This document shows, one piece after another, positions 50,297-59,472 of a DNA stretch of 64,000 nt. Each line of letters begins with the position of its first letter. Position 1 is the stretch's first letter. The notes beneath the pieces were generated by a model that worked only from the letters and a program-made list of their open reading frames with translations, searched no databases and was not told the DNA's origin. A program made the position numbers and the translations under genes. The DNA is taken from contig CAWGWF010000001.1 in the NCBI GenBank assembly GCA_963826225.1, positions 2,483,023 through 2,547,022 of the forward strand, in the 5' to 3' direction. Source of the stretch: an uncultured Chloroflexia bacterium. GTDB taxonomy: Bacteria > Chloroflexota > Limnocylindria > Limnocylindrales > CSP1-4.

Positions 50297-50530
50297 CTTG
50301 CGGGGTGCGTCGCGGACGCGCGGGTGCGCCGGGGCCTGCGGGTACGCACGCCCGCACCGGGGAAGCCGCGGCCAGCCGGGGACGCCCGCCCTGCGCCCCG
50401 TCCGGTGCACCCACGCACCACCGGGACGGGTCCCGTGACCCGTCCCGAACGTGCGGGGCGGACGGACCCACGCACCACGGGCCACACGGCCCCTAGCCGC
50501 CTCCATGTATCGAACGGTACAGTCCGGCGC

Positions 50531-52348
50531 ATGAGCGATCCCCAGGGGGCCCGCGACCTCACGCGCCTGAAGTGGGCGACGATCATCCTGCCCGTCGTCT
50601 TCGTGTGGGGGTTCGAGCTGGCCCGGTTCCTGATCCTGGACCCCCAGGTCACCGGCGACGACGGGCACGTCCTGTCCGCGATGATCATGGGCGGCGCGAT
50701 CGTGGTGTTCGCGATGATCGTGTCCGTCTACCTGGACCGGACGCAGAAGCAGCTCCTCGCGCAGAACAAGGACCTCACGGTCACCCACGCCGTCAGCTCC
50801 GCAGTACGCGGCGGCCACTCGCTGCAGGACCTGCTGGACCAGGCGCTGGAGCGGATCGTGACCGAGACCGGGGCCCTGGCCGGCATCGTCACGGTGCGCA
50901 CGCCCGGCGGGGAGCCGCTCGCGATTCGCCGCCCCGTCACGTTCGCCCCCGGCCTCGCCTGGCTCGCCCCCATCCTGGACGAGGCGCCGGAGCCGTTCCT
51001 CGACGAGCCGCGCTACACGACCCGGTCCGGCGTGGACACCGGCATCCTGGACCTCCCCCTGATCCGGGGCGGCGGGAGCATCGGCCACCTGCGGCTGGCC
51101 TTCCATCCGCCCGTGCAACCGGACGTCTCCCCGGCGGCCCTGACGGACATCGCCGGCGAGATCGCCGGCGCCGCCCAGCTGGCGCTCACCGTCGCGGACC
51201 TCCATCGCCGCGAGCAGGAGAGCGCCGCGCTGTACGAGGTCGCGCTGCAGCTCACCGGCCGCGCGGACCTCCGGGCCATGCTGGACGCGATCACCGGCCA
51301 CGCCCGGGAGCTGCTGGGCGCGGAGCGCGCGGTCGCCTGCCTCGCGGACGCGCCCGAGTTCGCCGCCGGCAGCCGGGCATCCCGTGACCGCGTCGCGATG
51401 GCGGACGACGGCAGCGTCTGCCTGGTCGCCCACCAGGCCATCGCAGCCAACCACCCGCGGAACCCGCTGTGCCCGCTGCTGATCGCGGATCGCGAGCAGA
51501 CGCGAGAATGGGCCGCCCGCCCCCTTCGCGGCCCGGACGGGCTGCTGGGCGAGCTGTGCGTCGTCCGGACCGGCAAACCGTTCACGGAGCAGGAGCGGTC
51601 GCTGCTCGGCGCCCTCGCGGACATGGCCACCATCGCCATCCGGACCGCGCGTCTCCACGAGGCCGAGGAGCAGTGGACGATCCACGCCGAGCGCGACCGG
51701 ATCGCCCGCGAGCTCCATGACAGCCTCGCCCAGGTCCTGGGCGTCATCCACCTGCGGCTGCGCGCCCTGGAGACGCGGGCCAAGGACGAGGCCAGCCACG
51801 TCATGGCGGCCGAGATGTCCGAGATCGCCGAGACCGCGGACGAGGCCTACAAGGACGTCCGGGAGGCGATCCTGGGCCTGCGCGAGACCGTCCGGGAGGA
51901 CGACGGCCTGGAGGGCTCGCTGCGCGAGTACCTGCGCAAGTACAGTCGCCAGACGGGCATCGCCGCCACGCTCGCCTGCGAAGGCGACACGCGCCGCGCC
52001 CTCACGCCGCGCTCCGAGGTCCAGCTCCTGCGGGTGGTCCAGGAGGCGCTCACCAACACCCGCAAGCACTCCGGGGCCCGCCGGGTCACCGTGACCATCG
52101 ACTGCGAGGGCCCCGGCGCCACGCTCATCGTGGAGGACGACGGCGTGGGCTTCGACCCCGCCACCGTGGCCAGCTCGATGGAGGGCGGGTTCGGCCTGGC
52201 GTCCATGCGCGAGCGCGTCGAACAGATCGGTGGAACACTCGACGTGCATACTGCGCCGAACGAGGGGACGCGCGTCGTCGTCCGGCTCGAGGCAGAGGAC
52301 ACGCGTGTCACACGTTCCCCCCAGGCTGAGGATCCTGCTGGTCGATGA
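50531..52348 (+). CDS. sensor histidine kinase, tandem GAF domains plus HisKA_3/HATPase_c (NarX/NarL-type partner kinase), N-terminal membrane segments
   Basis: H-box IARELHDSLAQVLGVIHLRL, N/G boxes EALTNTRKHSGAR...DDGVGF...GGFGLASMRERV. Two GAF-like regions. ATG 50531. Confidence 0.85.
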   Translation: MSDPQGARDLTRLKWATIILPVVFVWGFELARFLILDPQVTGDDGHVLSAMIMGGAIVVFAMIVSVYLDRTQKQLLAQNKDLTVTHAVSSAVRGGHSLQDLLDQALERIVTETGALAGIVTVRTPGGEPLAIRRPVTFAPGLAWLAPILDEAPEPFLDEPRYTTRSGVDTGILDLPLIRGGGSIGHLRLAFHPPVQPDVSPAALTDIAGEIAGAAQLALTVADLHRREQESAALYEVALQLTGRADLRAMLDAITGHARELLGAERAVACLADAPEFAAGSRASRDRVAMADDGSVCLVAHQAIAANHPRNPLCPLLIADREQTREWAARPLRGPDGLLGELCVVRTGKPFTEQERSLLGALADMATIAIRTARLHEAEEQWTIHAERDRIARELHDSLAQVLGVIHLRLRALETRAKDEASHVMAAEMSEIAETADEAYKDVREAILGLRETVREDDGLEGSLREYLRKYSRQTGIAATLACEGDTRRALTPRSEVQLLRVVQEALTNTRKHSGARRVTVTIDCEGPGATLIVEDDGVGFDPATVASSMEGGFGLASMRERVEQIGGTLDVHTAPNEGTRVVVRLEAEDTRVTRSPQAEDPAGR

Positions 52349-53003
52349 CCAGCCACTGTTCCGCCGGGCGCTGGCGACCCTGATCAGCGCCCAGTTCGAC
52401 ATGACCGTCGTGGGCGAGGGCGAGAACGGGCGGGACGCCCTGGACAAGGTCCGGGCGCTGCAGCCGGATCTCGTGGTCATGGACGTCAACATGCCGGGCG
52501 CCGATGGCGTCGACGGCGTGCGCGCGATCCGCCAGGCGGGGTTCGCGACGCCGATCGTGATGCTCACGGTGTCCGAGGACGACGACGACCTGTTCGAGTC
52601 GATCAAGGCCGGCGCCAACGGGTATCTCCTCAAGAACGTCCGCCCGGAGCAGCTGTTCGAGGACCTGCGCGGCGTCATGCACGGCGAGGCCCCCATCGCG
52701 CCCGCCGTCGCCACCAGGCTCCTGGAGGCCCTCCGCACGGGTGGCATCCCGGCCCGCGGCGCCTCGACCGCTTCGCCGCCCGCCTCCGACAACATCCTCA
52801 CCCGCCGCGAGTCGGAGATCCTCCAGCTGGTCGCCGACGGCCTGTCCAACAAGGAGATCGCCAACCAGCTGACGATCACCGAGGGCACCGTCAAGAACCA
52901 CGTCCACAACGCGCTGGAGAAGCTGCACCTCACCAACCGGGTGCAAGCCGCCGCCTACGCCGTGCGCCAGGGCTACGCGAACCAGGAGCGCACCCGGGAC
53001 TGA
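52305..53003 (+). CDS. response regulator, NarL/FixJ (LuxR-type HTH) family
   Basis: Receiver domain RILLVDDQPLFRRAL...LVVMDVNMPGADG...GANGYLLK and LuxR HTH LTRRESEILQLVADGLSNKEIANQLTITEGTVKNHV. GTG 52305 chosen (ATG 52230 would overlap the kinase by 118 nt). Confidence 0.8.
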   Translation: MSHVPPRLRILLVDDQPLFRRALATLISAQFDMTVVGEGENGRDALDKVRALQPDLVVMDVNMPGADGVDGVRAIRQAGFATPIVMLTVSEDDDDLFESIKAGANGYLLKNVRPEQLFEDLRGVMHGEAPIAPAVATRLLEALRTGGIPARGASTASPPASDNILTRRESEILQLVADGLSNKEIANQLTITEGTVKNHVHNALEKLHLTNRVQAAAYAVRQGYANQERTRD

Positions 53004-53474
53004 CCGCCCCGTCCTGCACCCGGGGATGCAGCGCCGTCTCGCGACCCAGCCAGCCGCCCGACTCGTCGGCGGCGGACGCGCCACCCGGCCCGCCCGCGCA
53101 CCGCGCCGCAAACCACACCCGTCCGTGATTGCCCTCCGCGCATCACGTTGGGCGCCGACGAGATCTGTGTCGATCGGGTGGTCCGACGTCCCCTGCCTGC
53201 TGCGGACCGGAGCCCGGCACTTGTTCACCTCATCGGCCATATGCCCGTCACGTGAAATCCCGCCAGGAACCCGTGGCGCACAGGAGCCGCGACACCGCCC
53301 GACGCCGCCGGTGTGCACGTCCCGCAGCGGTGCGCAGCAGAACCGTCATCCCCCCGGCGATACAGGGCGCACGCATCGCGGCTGTGCAACCCGACGGATT
53401 GGAGACCGACTCCCGGACGCCTAGCATCCGTGGACGGGACGCACCCGCGGCCCACGGATTCCACGGGGGGCCAC

Positions 53475-53924
53475 GTGCCCGCAGGTCCGGTCAAGGTGCT
53501 CGTGCTCTACAGCCACCCGCTCATGGGCGAGGGGCTGGGGCAGATGCTGGCGGCCGAGCCGGGCATCGTGGTCTACGCGGTGGACATCGCAGAGCAGGCG
53601 GCGGTTGACGAAGCCCTCGCGAGCGAGCCGGCGATCATCGTCGTCGAGGAGGGCGGCCGCGTGGACGCGGCGGACGTGGTCCGGCGCTCCACCTGCCCGG
53701 TGGTCCTGGACGTGGACATCACCACGACCCGCGCCTGGGCGCTGCACCGGGAGTCGCTCAACAGCCGCCCGGACGAGTTCCTGGCCGCCATCCGCGCCGC
53801 GGTCAACGGCGCTGCGCTGCCGGCCGGGACCGGGGCCGGCGACGGAGCCGACGCAGCCACCGCGGATCGCCCCCACCGCACGAAGTCGGACAAGCCGCTC
53901 GCGCCGGTGATCACCCCCGGCTGA
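53475..53924 (+). CDS. hypothetical protein with receiver-like/flavodoxin-like fold features
   Basis: GTG 53475 after GGGGGG. VKVLVLYSHPLMGEGLGQMLAAEPGIVVYAVDIAEQ...PAIIVVEEGGRVDAADVV. No confident family. Confidence 0.4.
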   Translation: MPAGPVKVLVLYSHPLMGEGLGQMLAAEPGIVVYAVDIAEQAAVDEALASEPAIIVVEEGGRVDAADVVRRSTCPVVLDVDITTTRAWALHRESLNSRPDEFLAAIRAAVNGAALPAGTGAGDGADAATADRPHRTKSDKPLAPVITPG

Positions 53925-53946
53925 CCGGCTCGACAGCGCCCGCCGG

Positions 53947-54237
53947 CTACTCGCGCGACGTCGCGGCGCGTGCCTCGCGCGCATCCTGGATCGTCACCAC
54001 GGCGACGCGGTCCGTGGCCGGTTCGTACACGTAGATGACGAGCATCCAGGGCCACGGTCCCAGGACGACACGAAACCCGGACCAGCCGCCCGACAATGCG
54101 CGGCCGAGCTCCGGGAACAGGCGCAGGGGCTCGATCGCAGATCGGACGCGCGCTCGCGTCGACGGCGGCAGAGACCGGGTCCGGATCAGGCGGTCCAGGT
54201 CCTCCCGGGCCGTCTCGGTGACGACCAGGCCGGCCAT
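53947..54237 (-). CDS. type II toxin, ParE/RelE family
   Basis: 96 aa. TETAREDLDRLIR...LFPELGRALSGGWSGFRVVLGPWPWMLVIYVYEPATDRVAVVTIQDAR matches the ParE/RelE pattern. Confidence 0.7.
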   Translation of the reverse strand: MAGLVVTETAREDLDRLIRTRSLPPSTRARVRSAIEPLRLFPELGRALSGGWSGFRVVLGPWPWMLVIYVYEPATDRVAVVTIQDAREARAATSRE

Positions 54238-54497
54238 CAGAGCTCGTCCGGCGACACCATCCGGCCGGCCTCGAGGTCGGCGAGACCCTGCTGCGCGCGC
54301 TCCCGCGCCCCGGGGATCGCGTCCAGCAAGGCGGTGATCGTCGCCGCGTCGGGATCCACCTGGTCCAGCGCCGTCGACAGCAGCGAGCGGGCGATCGTGC
54401 CCGGCTGGACGTACGTCCGCTCCGCGATCCGGTGAAGCCGGATCGCGTGCTCGTCATCGAGCTGGATGTTGAACCGGTTCGTGTGCTCCTCGGACAT
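54237..54497 (-). CDS. ribbon-helix-helix (CopG/ParD-like) antitoxin
   Basis: 86 aa from ATG 54497 (MSEEHTNRFNIQLDDEHAIRLHRIAERTYVQPGTIARSLL...). 1-nt overlap with the toxin start. Confidence 0.65.
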   Translation of the reverse strand: MSEEHTNRFNIQLDDEHAIRLHRIAERTYVQPGTIARSLLSTALDQVDPDAATITALLDAIPGARERAQQGLADLEAGRMVSPDEL

Positions 54498-54594
54498 TCG
54501 ATCGCCTGAACGTAATGACACGACCTGTGTACCCAGGGACCGTAGTCCCGCGCAGGGCGCGCCGTCAAGCGCGCCTTTGGTAGCCTCTCCGCTC

Positions 54595-55086
54595 ATGGGT
54601 GACGCCTTCGACCCCCTCGGCACGCCGATCCCCCGGCGCAACGTCCTCAAGCTCATCGGCGTCGGCGCGCTGGCGGCCGGCAGCCTGGGCGTGGTGCTCG
54701 AGGGCTGTGTCGGGCCGCCCGTGACCGTGACCCTGGACTACGACCTCGGCACCCTCGAGACCGGCGTGCCGACGAAGGTGGACTTCAACGTCCCGATGGG
54801 CGGCTCCGACGTCGAGGGCGCCGTCTGGTTCGTGAAGCAGACGGACGGCACCATCGACGCCTTCGACCCGCGCTGCACCCACGCCCTGTGCGCCTACGTG
54901 TGGGAGGACGCGGACCGGCAGTTCCGCTGCTACTGCCACGAGGCGCAGTTCGCGATCGACGGCGCCGTCCTGGACGGTCCGCCCCCTCGCCCACTGGACC
55001 AGTTCCCGATGCGCGTCACCCCCGCCGGCGTGGAGCTGGACGTGCCGGGCAACTTCCAGACCCCGCGGGAGAGCCTGCCGGAGTAG
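54595..55086 (+). CDS. Rieske [2Fe-2S] domain protein with Tat signal
   Basis: RRNVLKLIGVGALAAGSLG twin-arginine signal. Rieske boxes CTHALC and CYCHEAQF 17 residues apart. Confidence 0.8.
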   Translation: MGDAFDPLGTPIPRRNVLKLIGVGALAAGSLGVVLEGCVGPPVTVTLDYDLGTLETGVPTKVDFNVPMGGSDVEGAVWFVKQTDGTIDAFDPRCTHALCAYVWEDADRQFRCYCHEAQFAIDGAVLDGPPPRPLDQFPMRVTPAGVELDVPGNFQTPRESLPE

Positions 55087-55103
55087 CGCCTGGGGAGGTC
55101 GGG

Positions 55104-55334
55104 TCAGCCCGCGACGAGTCGGCGCGACCGCGGTGACGTCTGCGCCCTGGCCAGAAGATCGTCCGCAGCGGCAACAAACTGGCTCCCGGCACCCTTGCGA
55201 TCCAGCTGCAGGACCAGATCCTGGGCATCGTCGTTGATGCGAACCTCATCGAGGACGGCCTGCAGCGCATCGGCCTCCGTCGCGAAGTCGCCGATGAGGT
55301 TGCCCGTTTCCGTGTGCCAGAGCGAGTAGCGCAT
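55104..55334 (-). CDS. hypothetical small protein (76 aa)
   Basis: MRYSLWHTETGNLIGDFATEADALQAVLDEVRINDDAQDLVLQLDRKGAG. Coding-like composition. Operonic with 55347..55763. Confidence 0.4.
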   Translation of the reverse strand: MRYSLWHTETGNLIGDFATEADALQAVLDEVRINDDAQDLVLQLDRKGAGSQFVAAADDLLARAQTSPRSRRLVAG

Positions 55335-55346
55335 CGTCCTCGCAGC

Positions 55347-55763
55347 CTACAGCGGAAGATCCGGAGGTGTCACGCAGGCCAGAAGGTCCGACCGCGAGCC
55401 GAAGAGGTCCCAGTGATGATCGTTGCCGAACTCGTCGTCACAGCTGATGGGGCTCGACGCCGGCACGTCGAGGGTGCTGATGTGCGTGAGAGGCGACCCT
55501 TTCGGCCGCCGCCGGAACATCTCATGCTGATCTCGTGCGGCCTCGACCTCGTCGTAGACGGAGATCCCGTTCATGACCGAATCCAGCAACGACCCGGCCA
55601 TGCCCGGACGAGTGCGGTAGCCGGGGACGCGCCCCTGGGGAACGAAGTCCTCCGTCGTTGGCGGGCTCGACCGCACGAGCCTGTAGAACCTCCGGCCCGC
55701 CGCCGACCTTCGCATTCCATGCACTCTCCCGCTTCGGGGGTCGCCATGCTTCCCGCCGGTCAA
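55347..55763 (-). CDS. hypothetical protein (138 aa)
   Basis: Lower-GC, non-repetitive ORF, good codon usage, no family assigned. Confidence 0.4.
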   Translation of the reverse strand: MTGGKHGDPRSGRVHGMRRSAAGRRFYRLVRSSPPTTEDFVPQGRVPGYRTRPGMAGSLLDSVMNGISVYDEVEAARDQHEMFRRRPKGSPLTHISTLDVPASSPISCDDEFGNDHHWDLFGSRSDLLACVTPPDLPL

Positions 55764-55832
55764 GGTAGCGCGCTGCGCTTATCACTCGTTCAACAGCCCG
55801 TCGTTCCATCCATGGCGCGGTAGTCTTGGGAC

Positions 55833-56177
55833 GTGGAGACGATCACCACATCGATCTCGCTCGGCACGCTGACCGACATGGCATCGGGCCGCTTCGGCAA
55901 CCTGGTCAAGGCCGTGGTCGACCTCGAGCGCGGCGTCATGGTCGTGGACGCCGATATGCACGCCGACGAGGAGGCGCTCCTGCTCCACTCGGGTTCGACC
56001 CAGGACCATCGGTGGGGGATCAACCTCTATCCTGCCGACCACGGGTCCGACGCGTTCCTGGAGTTCGACTCCGCCATCAACATCCGGCCGGGCCAAGGCA
56101 ACCGCTCGAGGTCGGTGGAGGACGCGACCACGAGGGCGGCCATCAAGGCCCTCGTTGGCAGGCTGGTGCGGCCATGA
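55833..56177 (+). CDS. hypothetical protein (114 aa)
   Basis: METITTSISLGTLTDMASGRFGNLVKAVVDLERGVMVVDADMHADEEALLLHSG... ATGA overlap with the next ORF. Confidence 0.45.
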   Translation: METITTSISLGTLTDMASGRFGNLVKAVVDLERGVMVVDADMHADEEALLLHSGSTQDHRWGINLYPADHGSDAFLEFDSAINIRPGQGNRSRSVEDATTRAAIKALVGRLVRP

Positions 56178-56508
56178 GCCTGCACCGGGAGCTGGCCGCG
56201 GGTCGCTGGTGGACCATGACCCTACCCGAGCAGATGGCGAACGCAGGGGCCGACGTCGGGACGCGCCATCCGGGCGAAGCAGACGGGCGACGACACGCGG
56301 TTCGAGCCCGCCTTCGCCCGGGCACTGGACCTCCTGGACATGACCCTCGCCGACGACCGCCGAACCGGACCACAACTGCGGGAGATCGCCCGGATGCGCG
56401 AGGTCGTGTGCGACTACCTGGACGGCGACAACGTCTACGGCTCGACGCCGGAGTGGATCGAGGGCTACTTCACCCAGTTCGCGCTCGCGGCCCGACGCGA
56501 TCGCTGAC
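56174..56508 (+). pseudogene. hypothetical protein, apparent +1 frameshift near 56258
   Basis: MSLHRELAAGRWWTMTLPEQMANAGADVG | RAIRAKQTGDDTRFEPAFARALDLLDMTLADDRRTGPQLREIARMREVVCDYLDGDNVYGSTPEWIEGYFTQFALAARRDR. Two coding-like halves in adjacent frames. Confidence 0.4.
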
Positions 56509-56609
56509 AAGGCGCCGGACGCTCGCAGGGCCGCCCCGGCGTCCGGCGGCACGAACGGCTCTCGCGTGCGCGCGCCACTCCGCGAGAGAGCCACGCTCCG
56601 GTAGTGTCT

Positions 56610-56648
56610 CATAGGATTGACAGTAACCGCCTAACTGCATAGCCTATG
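56610..56648 (+). promoter_or_regulatory. hipBA promoter/operator: -35 TTGACA (56617-56622), 17-bp spacer, -10 TAGCCT (56640-56645), embedded in inverted repeat CATAGG...CCTATG; leaderless start at 56653
   Basis: Read directly. Only AT-rich patch in the region. The inverted repeat spans both promoter hexamers, consistent with HipB autorepression. Confidence 0.45.
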
Positions 56649-56652
56649 TGAC

Positions 56653-56967
56653 ATGAGCAACCGGTCCATCCCCACCTACCCTCGATACGTCCGTCTTGCG
56701 GGCGACCTGGGTGAGCGGCTGCGGGCGGCGCGGCTGCGCCGACGCCTCTCCGTCGCGGAGATGGCGGAGCGCATGGACGTGTCCCGACCAACGCTCTACC
56801 GCCTCGAGCACGGGGACCTGTCGGTCAGCATGAGCGTCCTGGTCCGCGCCCTTGGGGTGCTGGGCCTGGAAGGCGATCTTTCGGCGCTGGCCGCCAACGA
56901 TGAGCTCGGGCGGAAGATCGCCGATGCCACCAGCACCGCACGGCGCCGTCGGACGCCGGCCCCATGA
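56653..56967 (+). CDS. hipB: HipB-like XRE-family HTH antitoxin
   Basis: 104 aa. LRAARLRRRLSVAEMAERMDVSRPTLYRLEHGDLSVSMSVLVRALGVLG. 4-bp overlap with hipA. Confidence 0.75.
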   Translation: MSNRSIPTYPRYVRLAGDLGERLRAARLRRRLSVAEMAERMDVSRPTLYRLEHGDLSVSMSVLVRALGVLGLEGDLSALAANDELGRKIADATSTARRRRTPAP

Positions 56968-58208
56968 CCCGCGAGCTGCCCGATACGGTGACGGTCGAGC
57001 TCGACGCCGCCGACCTTGGCGGCCCGACCACGATCGGGACGCTGCGGCGCACACGGGCCGTGGGCGGCTCCCTCGTCGGCTTCGCGTACGACCCGGCCTG
57101 GCTCGCCCGCGGCGAGGCGTTCGTCATCGACCCGCTCCACGGACACTACCCCGGCGACCAATGGCCCCGGGACGGGCAGATCGACCGCATCTTCAGCGAC
57201 GCGGCGCCCGACCGTTGGGGGCGGACCCTCATGGACCGCCGTGAGGCCGCGATGGCACGCGACGAGCAGCGGCCCAGACGCGCCCTGGGTGCGTGGGACT
57301 ACCTGCTCGGGGTGTCCGACGTTTCGCGCATGGGCGCCCTCCGCTTCCGATCGCCCGATGGTCGCTGGCTGGACGATGATCAGGTCGGGGTACCGCCGAC
57401 GGCGCGCCTTCCGGAGCTCGTCGCGGCCGCGCGCGCCATCGAGCACGGGCCACGAGGCGGGCGCAGGGAGGCCCACCACCTCGCGCTGCTCCTCGCCCCG
57501 GGCAGCTCCCTCGGCGGCGCCAGGCCCAAGGCCAGCTACCTTGCCGATGACGGCTCGCTGTGGATGGCCAAGTTCCCCTCCCGCAACGACAGCCGGGACA
57601 TGGCGGCGTGCGAGTGGGCGCTCAACGAGCTCGCAGCCAGGGCCGGGATCGACGTTCCCGAGCACCGGCTTCTCGCGTTCGGGCGCGGCCACCGGACCTT
57701 TGCGGCACGCCGGTTCGACCGGGTCGCCGGGACCAGGCGTATGTACGCGTCCGCGATGACGCTCCTGTCACGCCGGGACGGCGAGCCAGCGAGCTACCTG
57801 GACATCGCCCTGGCGATCGCCGATCACGGCGAGCGGGGAGCGATCGACGCGCAGCTCGCGAGCCTGTTCCGCCGAGTTGCGTTCAATGTCCTGGCGGCCC
57901 ATCGCGATGATCACCTGCGCAACCATGGGTTCGTGCGCACACCCCGCGGCTGGTGGCTGGCGCCCGCCTTCGATCTCAACCCGACGCCGGACAAGGCGGA
58001 GCACGAGCTGGCGCTCGACGACGCCGTGCACGCCGGGGACATCGACCTCGTGATCGAGACGGCCCCGTTCTACCGGCTCACGGCCGGCGCCGCGCACGCG
58101 ATCGTCGCGGAGGTTCGCGCAGCGCTGGCCACGTGGCCGGCCGTCGCCCGGGCCGGGAACCTCGGACCGGGCGAGATCGAGACCCTGCGCGAGGCGCTCG
58201 CGGCCTGA
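56964..58208 (+). CDS. hipA: HipA-family serine/threonine kinase toxin
   Basis: 414 aa. HipA N-terminal (GTLRRTRAVGGSLVGFAYDPAW) and C-terminal kinase-like blocks (GGARPKASYL, KFPSRNDSRDMAACEWALNELA, NVLAAHRDDHLRNHGF, FDLNPT). Confidence 0.8.
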   Translation: MTRELPDTVTVELDAADLGGPTTIGTLRRTRAVGGSLVGFAYDPAWLARGEAFVIDPLHGHYPGDQWPRDGQIDRIFSDAAPDRWGRTLMDRREAAMARDEQRPRRALGAWDYLLGVSDVSRMGALRFRSPDGRWLDDDQVGVPPTARLPELVAAARAIEHGPRGGRREAHHLALLLAPGSSLGGARPKASYLADDGSLWMAKFPSRNDSRDMAACEWALNELAARAGIDVPEHRLLAFGRGHRTFAARRFDRVAGTRRMYASAMTLLSRRDGEPASYLDIALAIADHGERGAIDAQLASLFRRVAFNVLAAHRDDHLRNHGFVRTPRGWWLAPAFDLNPTPDKAEHELALDDAVHAGDIDLVIETAPFYRLTAGAAHAIVAEVRAALATWPAVARAGNLGPGEIETLREALAA

Positions 58209-58452
58209 GCGACCCACCCTCGCGTGCGCGTACGCGCGTGCACGGCACGCAAGGTCCCGGGTGCCGCGGGACCTCCGGCCCGGTCCGGTGTGACCTCCGG
58301 GGGCCGCTCGATACAGGAATCGTGGTGCGTCCGCGCCACACCCTGTATCGCAGTTCTATCCCCCGACGGATGGGATCTCGCCCTCGCGCGCCCGATCATT
58401 GCCACAGGTCGGTTCGTCCGATTCCGCCGACCGTGGAGTGAAGGTGCCTTTG

Positions 58453-59472
58453 ATGTCCCGGGTCACGTCCCTGACCAACATGCCCGACGCCCAGCTCAAC
58501 CGCTGGATCAAGCGGCTCGGCGCTGCTGCTGCTTGTCGTCCTCGTCGCGTTCGTCGCGTTCTACGCCGTCGATCGCTTCCGGATGCCCACGACGCCGATC
58601 ATGGACCGCGAGCTGGCGGCGCCGAGGAGGCCGTGCGGGCCGATCCGACCGACATCGACGTCGCGGGGCCGGCTTGCGGATGCATCTACTTCCTGGCGGA
58701 GCGCTACGACGATGCGATCGCGCAGTACTCGGAGCTGCTCGGACCGGCAAGGCAGGACGAGGCCGCGTACGTCAGCCGCGGCTCAGGCCTACGAGCGCAA
58801 CGGGGGAGCTCGACGCGGCGGCCGCCGACTACGCGAAGGTCATCGAGATCGGCCTGGGACCGGCGAGATGGCGAACGTCGACCCGATGCTGCCAGACGGC
58901 CTACTACGGGCTCGGCACGATCGCGCTCGCCCAGGACCGCGCCGATGACGCCATCGAGTCGCTCCTCAAGGCGCTGCGCCATCAAGCGCACTGACGCCGA
59001 CACCATGAACCTGCTGGGCGCCGGCATACGTGAAGGCGGGTCAAGCCCGGAGAAGGCCGTTCGAGCCCCTGCGCTCGCGCGATCCTGTTCGTGCCCACCC
59101 GGCTGGCCCGAGCCGTACCAGTCACTGGCGGCCGCATACACCGCGACCGGCGAGGCCGAGCAGGCGGAGTGGGCCGCCGCGATGGCCGAGGCGATGGCGG
59201 CCCTGGCCGAGGGCGGATCCGGCGACACGTCCGGTGCGGTCGCACGACTCGAGGCCATCGCCGACGGCGACGCGGCGCTCGACGCACGGATCGGCCTGGG
59301 ACTCTGCCGAGCGAGCGCAGGCGACAACGCGGCCGCCGAGGGCTGGTACCGGAAGGCGCTCGAGCTCGACGCCGAGAGCCAGGCCGCCCAGCTCGGCCTG
59401 AGCCGCGTCTCGGGCGGCACACAGGCCCATCCCGACATCATGCCTTCGCCCAGCGCCGAAGGGAGCAACTGA
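58453..59472 (+). pseudogene. membrane-anchored TPR-repeat protein, fragmented across three frames (at least four frameshifts)
   Basis: A TM helix (LLLVVLVAFVAFYAV) and TPR-like repeats (AYYGLGTIALAQDRADDAIESLLKALR; YRKALELDAESQAAQLGL) occur in different frames over 58453-59472. GGAGTGAAGGTG RBS before ATG 58453. Confidence 0.45.

Noticed and set aside
49987-50688. 233-aa minus-strand ORF in the fdhA/kinase intergenic region
   Set aside because: Low-complexity, overlaps the repeat array and the kinase start. No homology signal.
52230-52304. ATG 52230 as start of the response regulator
   Set aside because: Would overlap the kinase by 118 nt with a non-conserved N-terminal extension. GTG 52305 lies just before the receiver domain.
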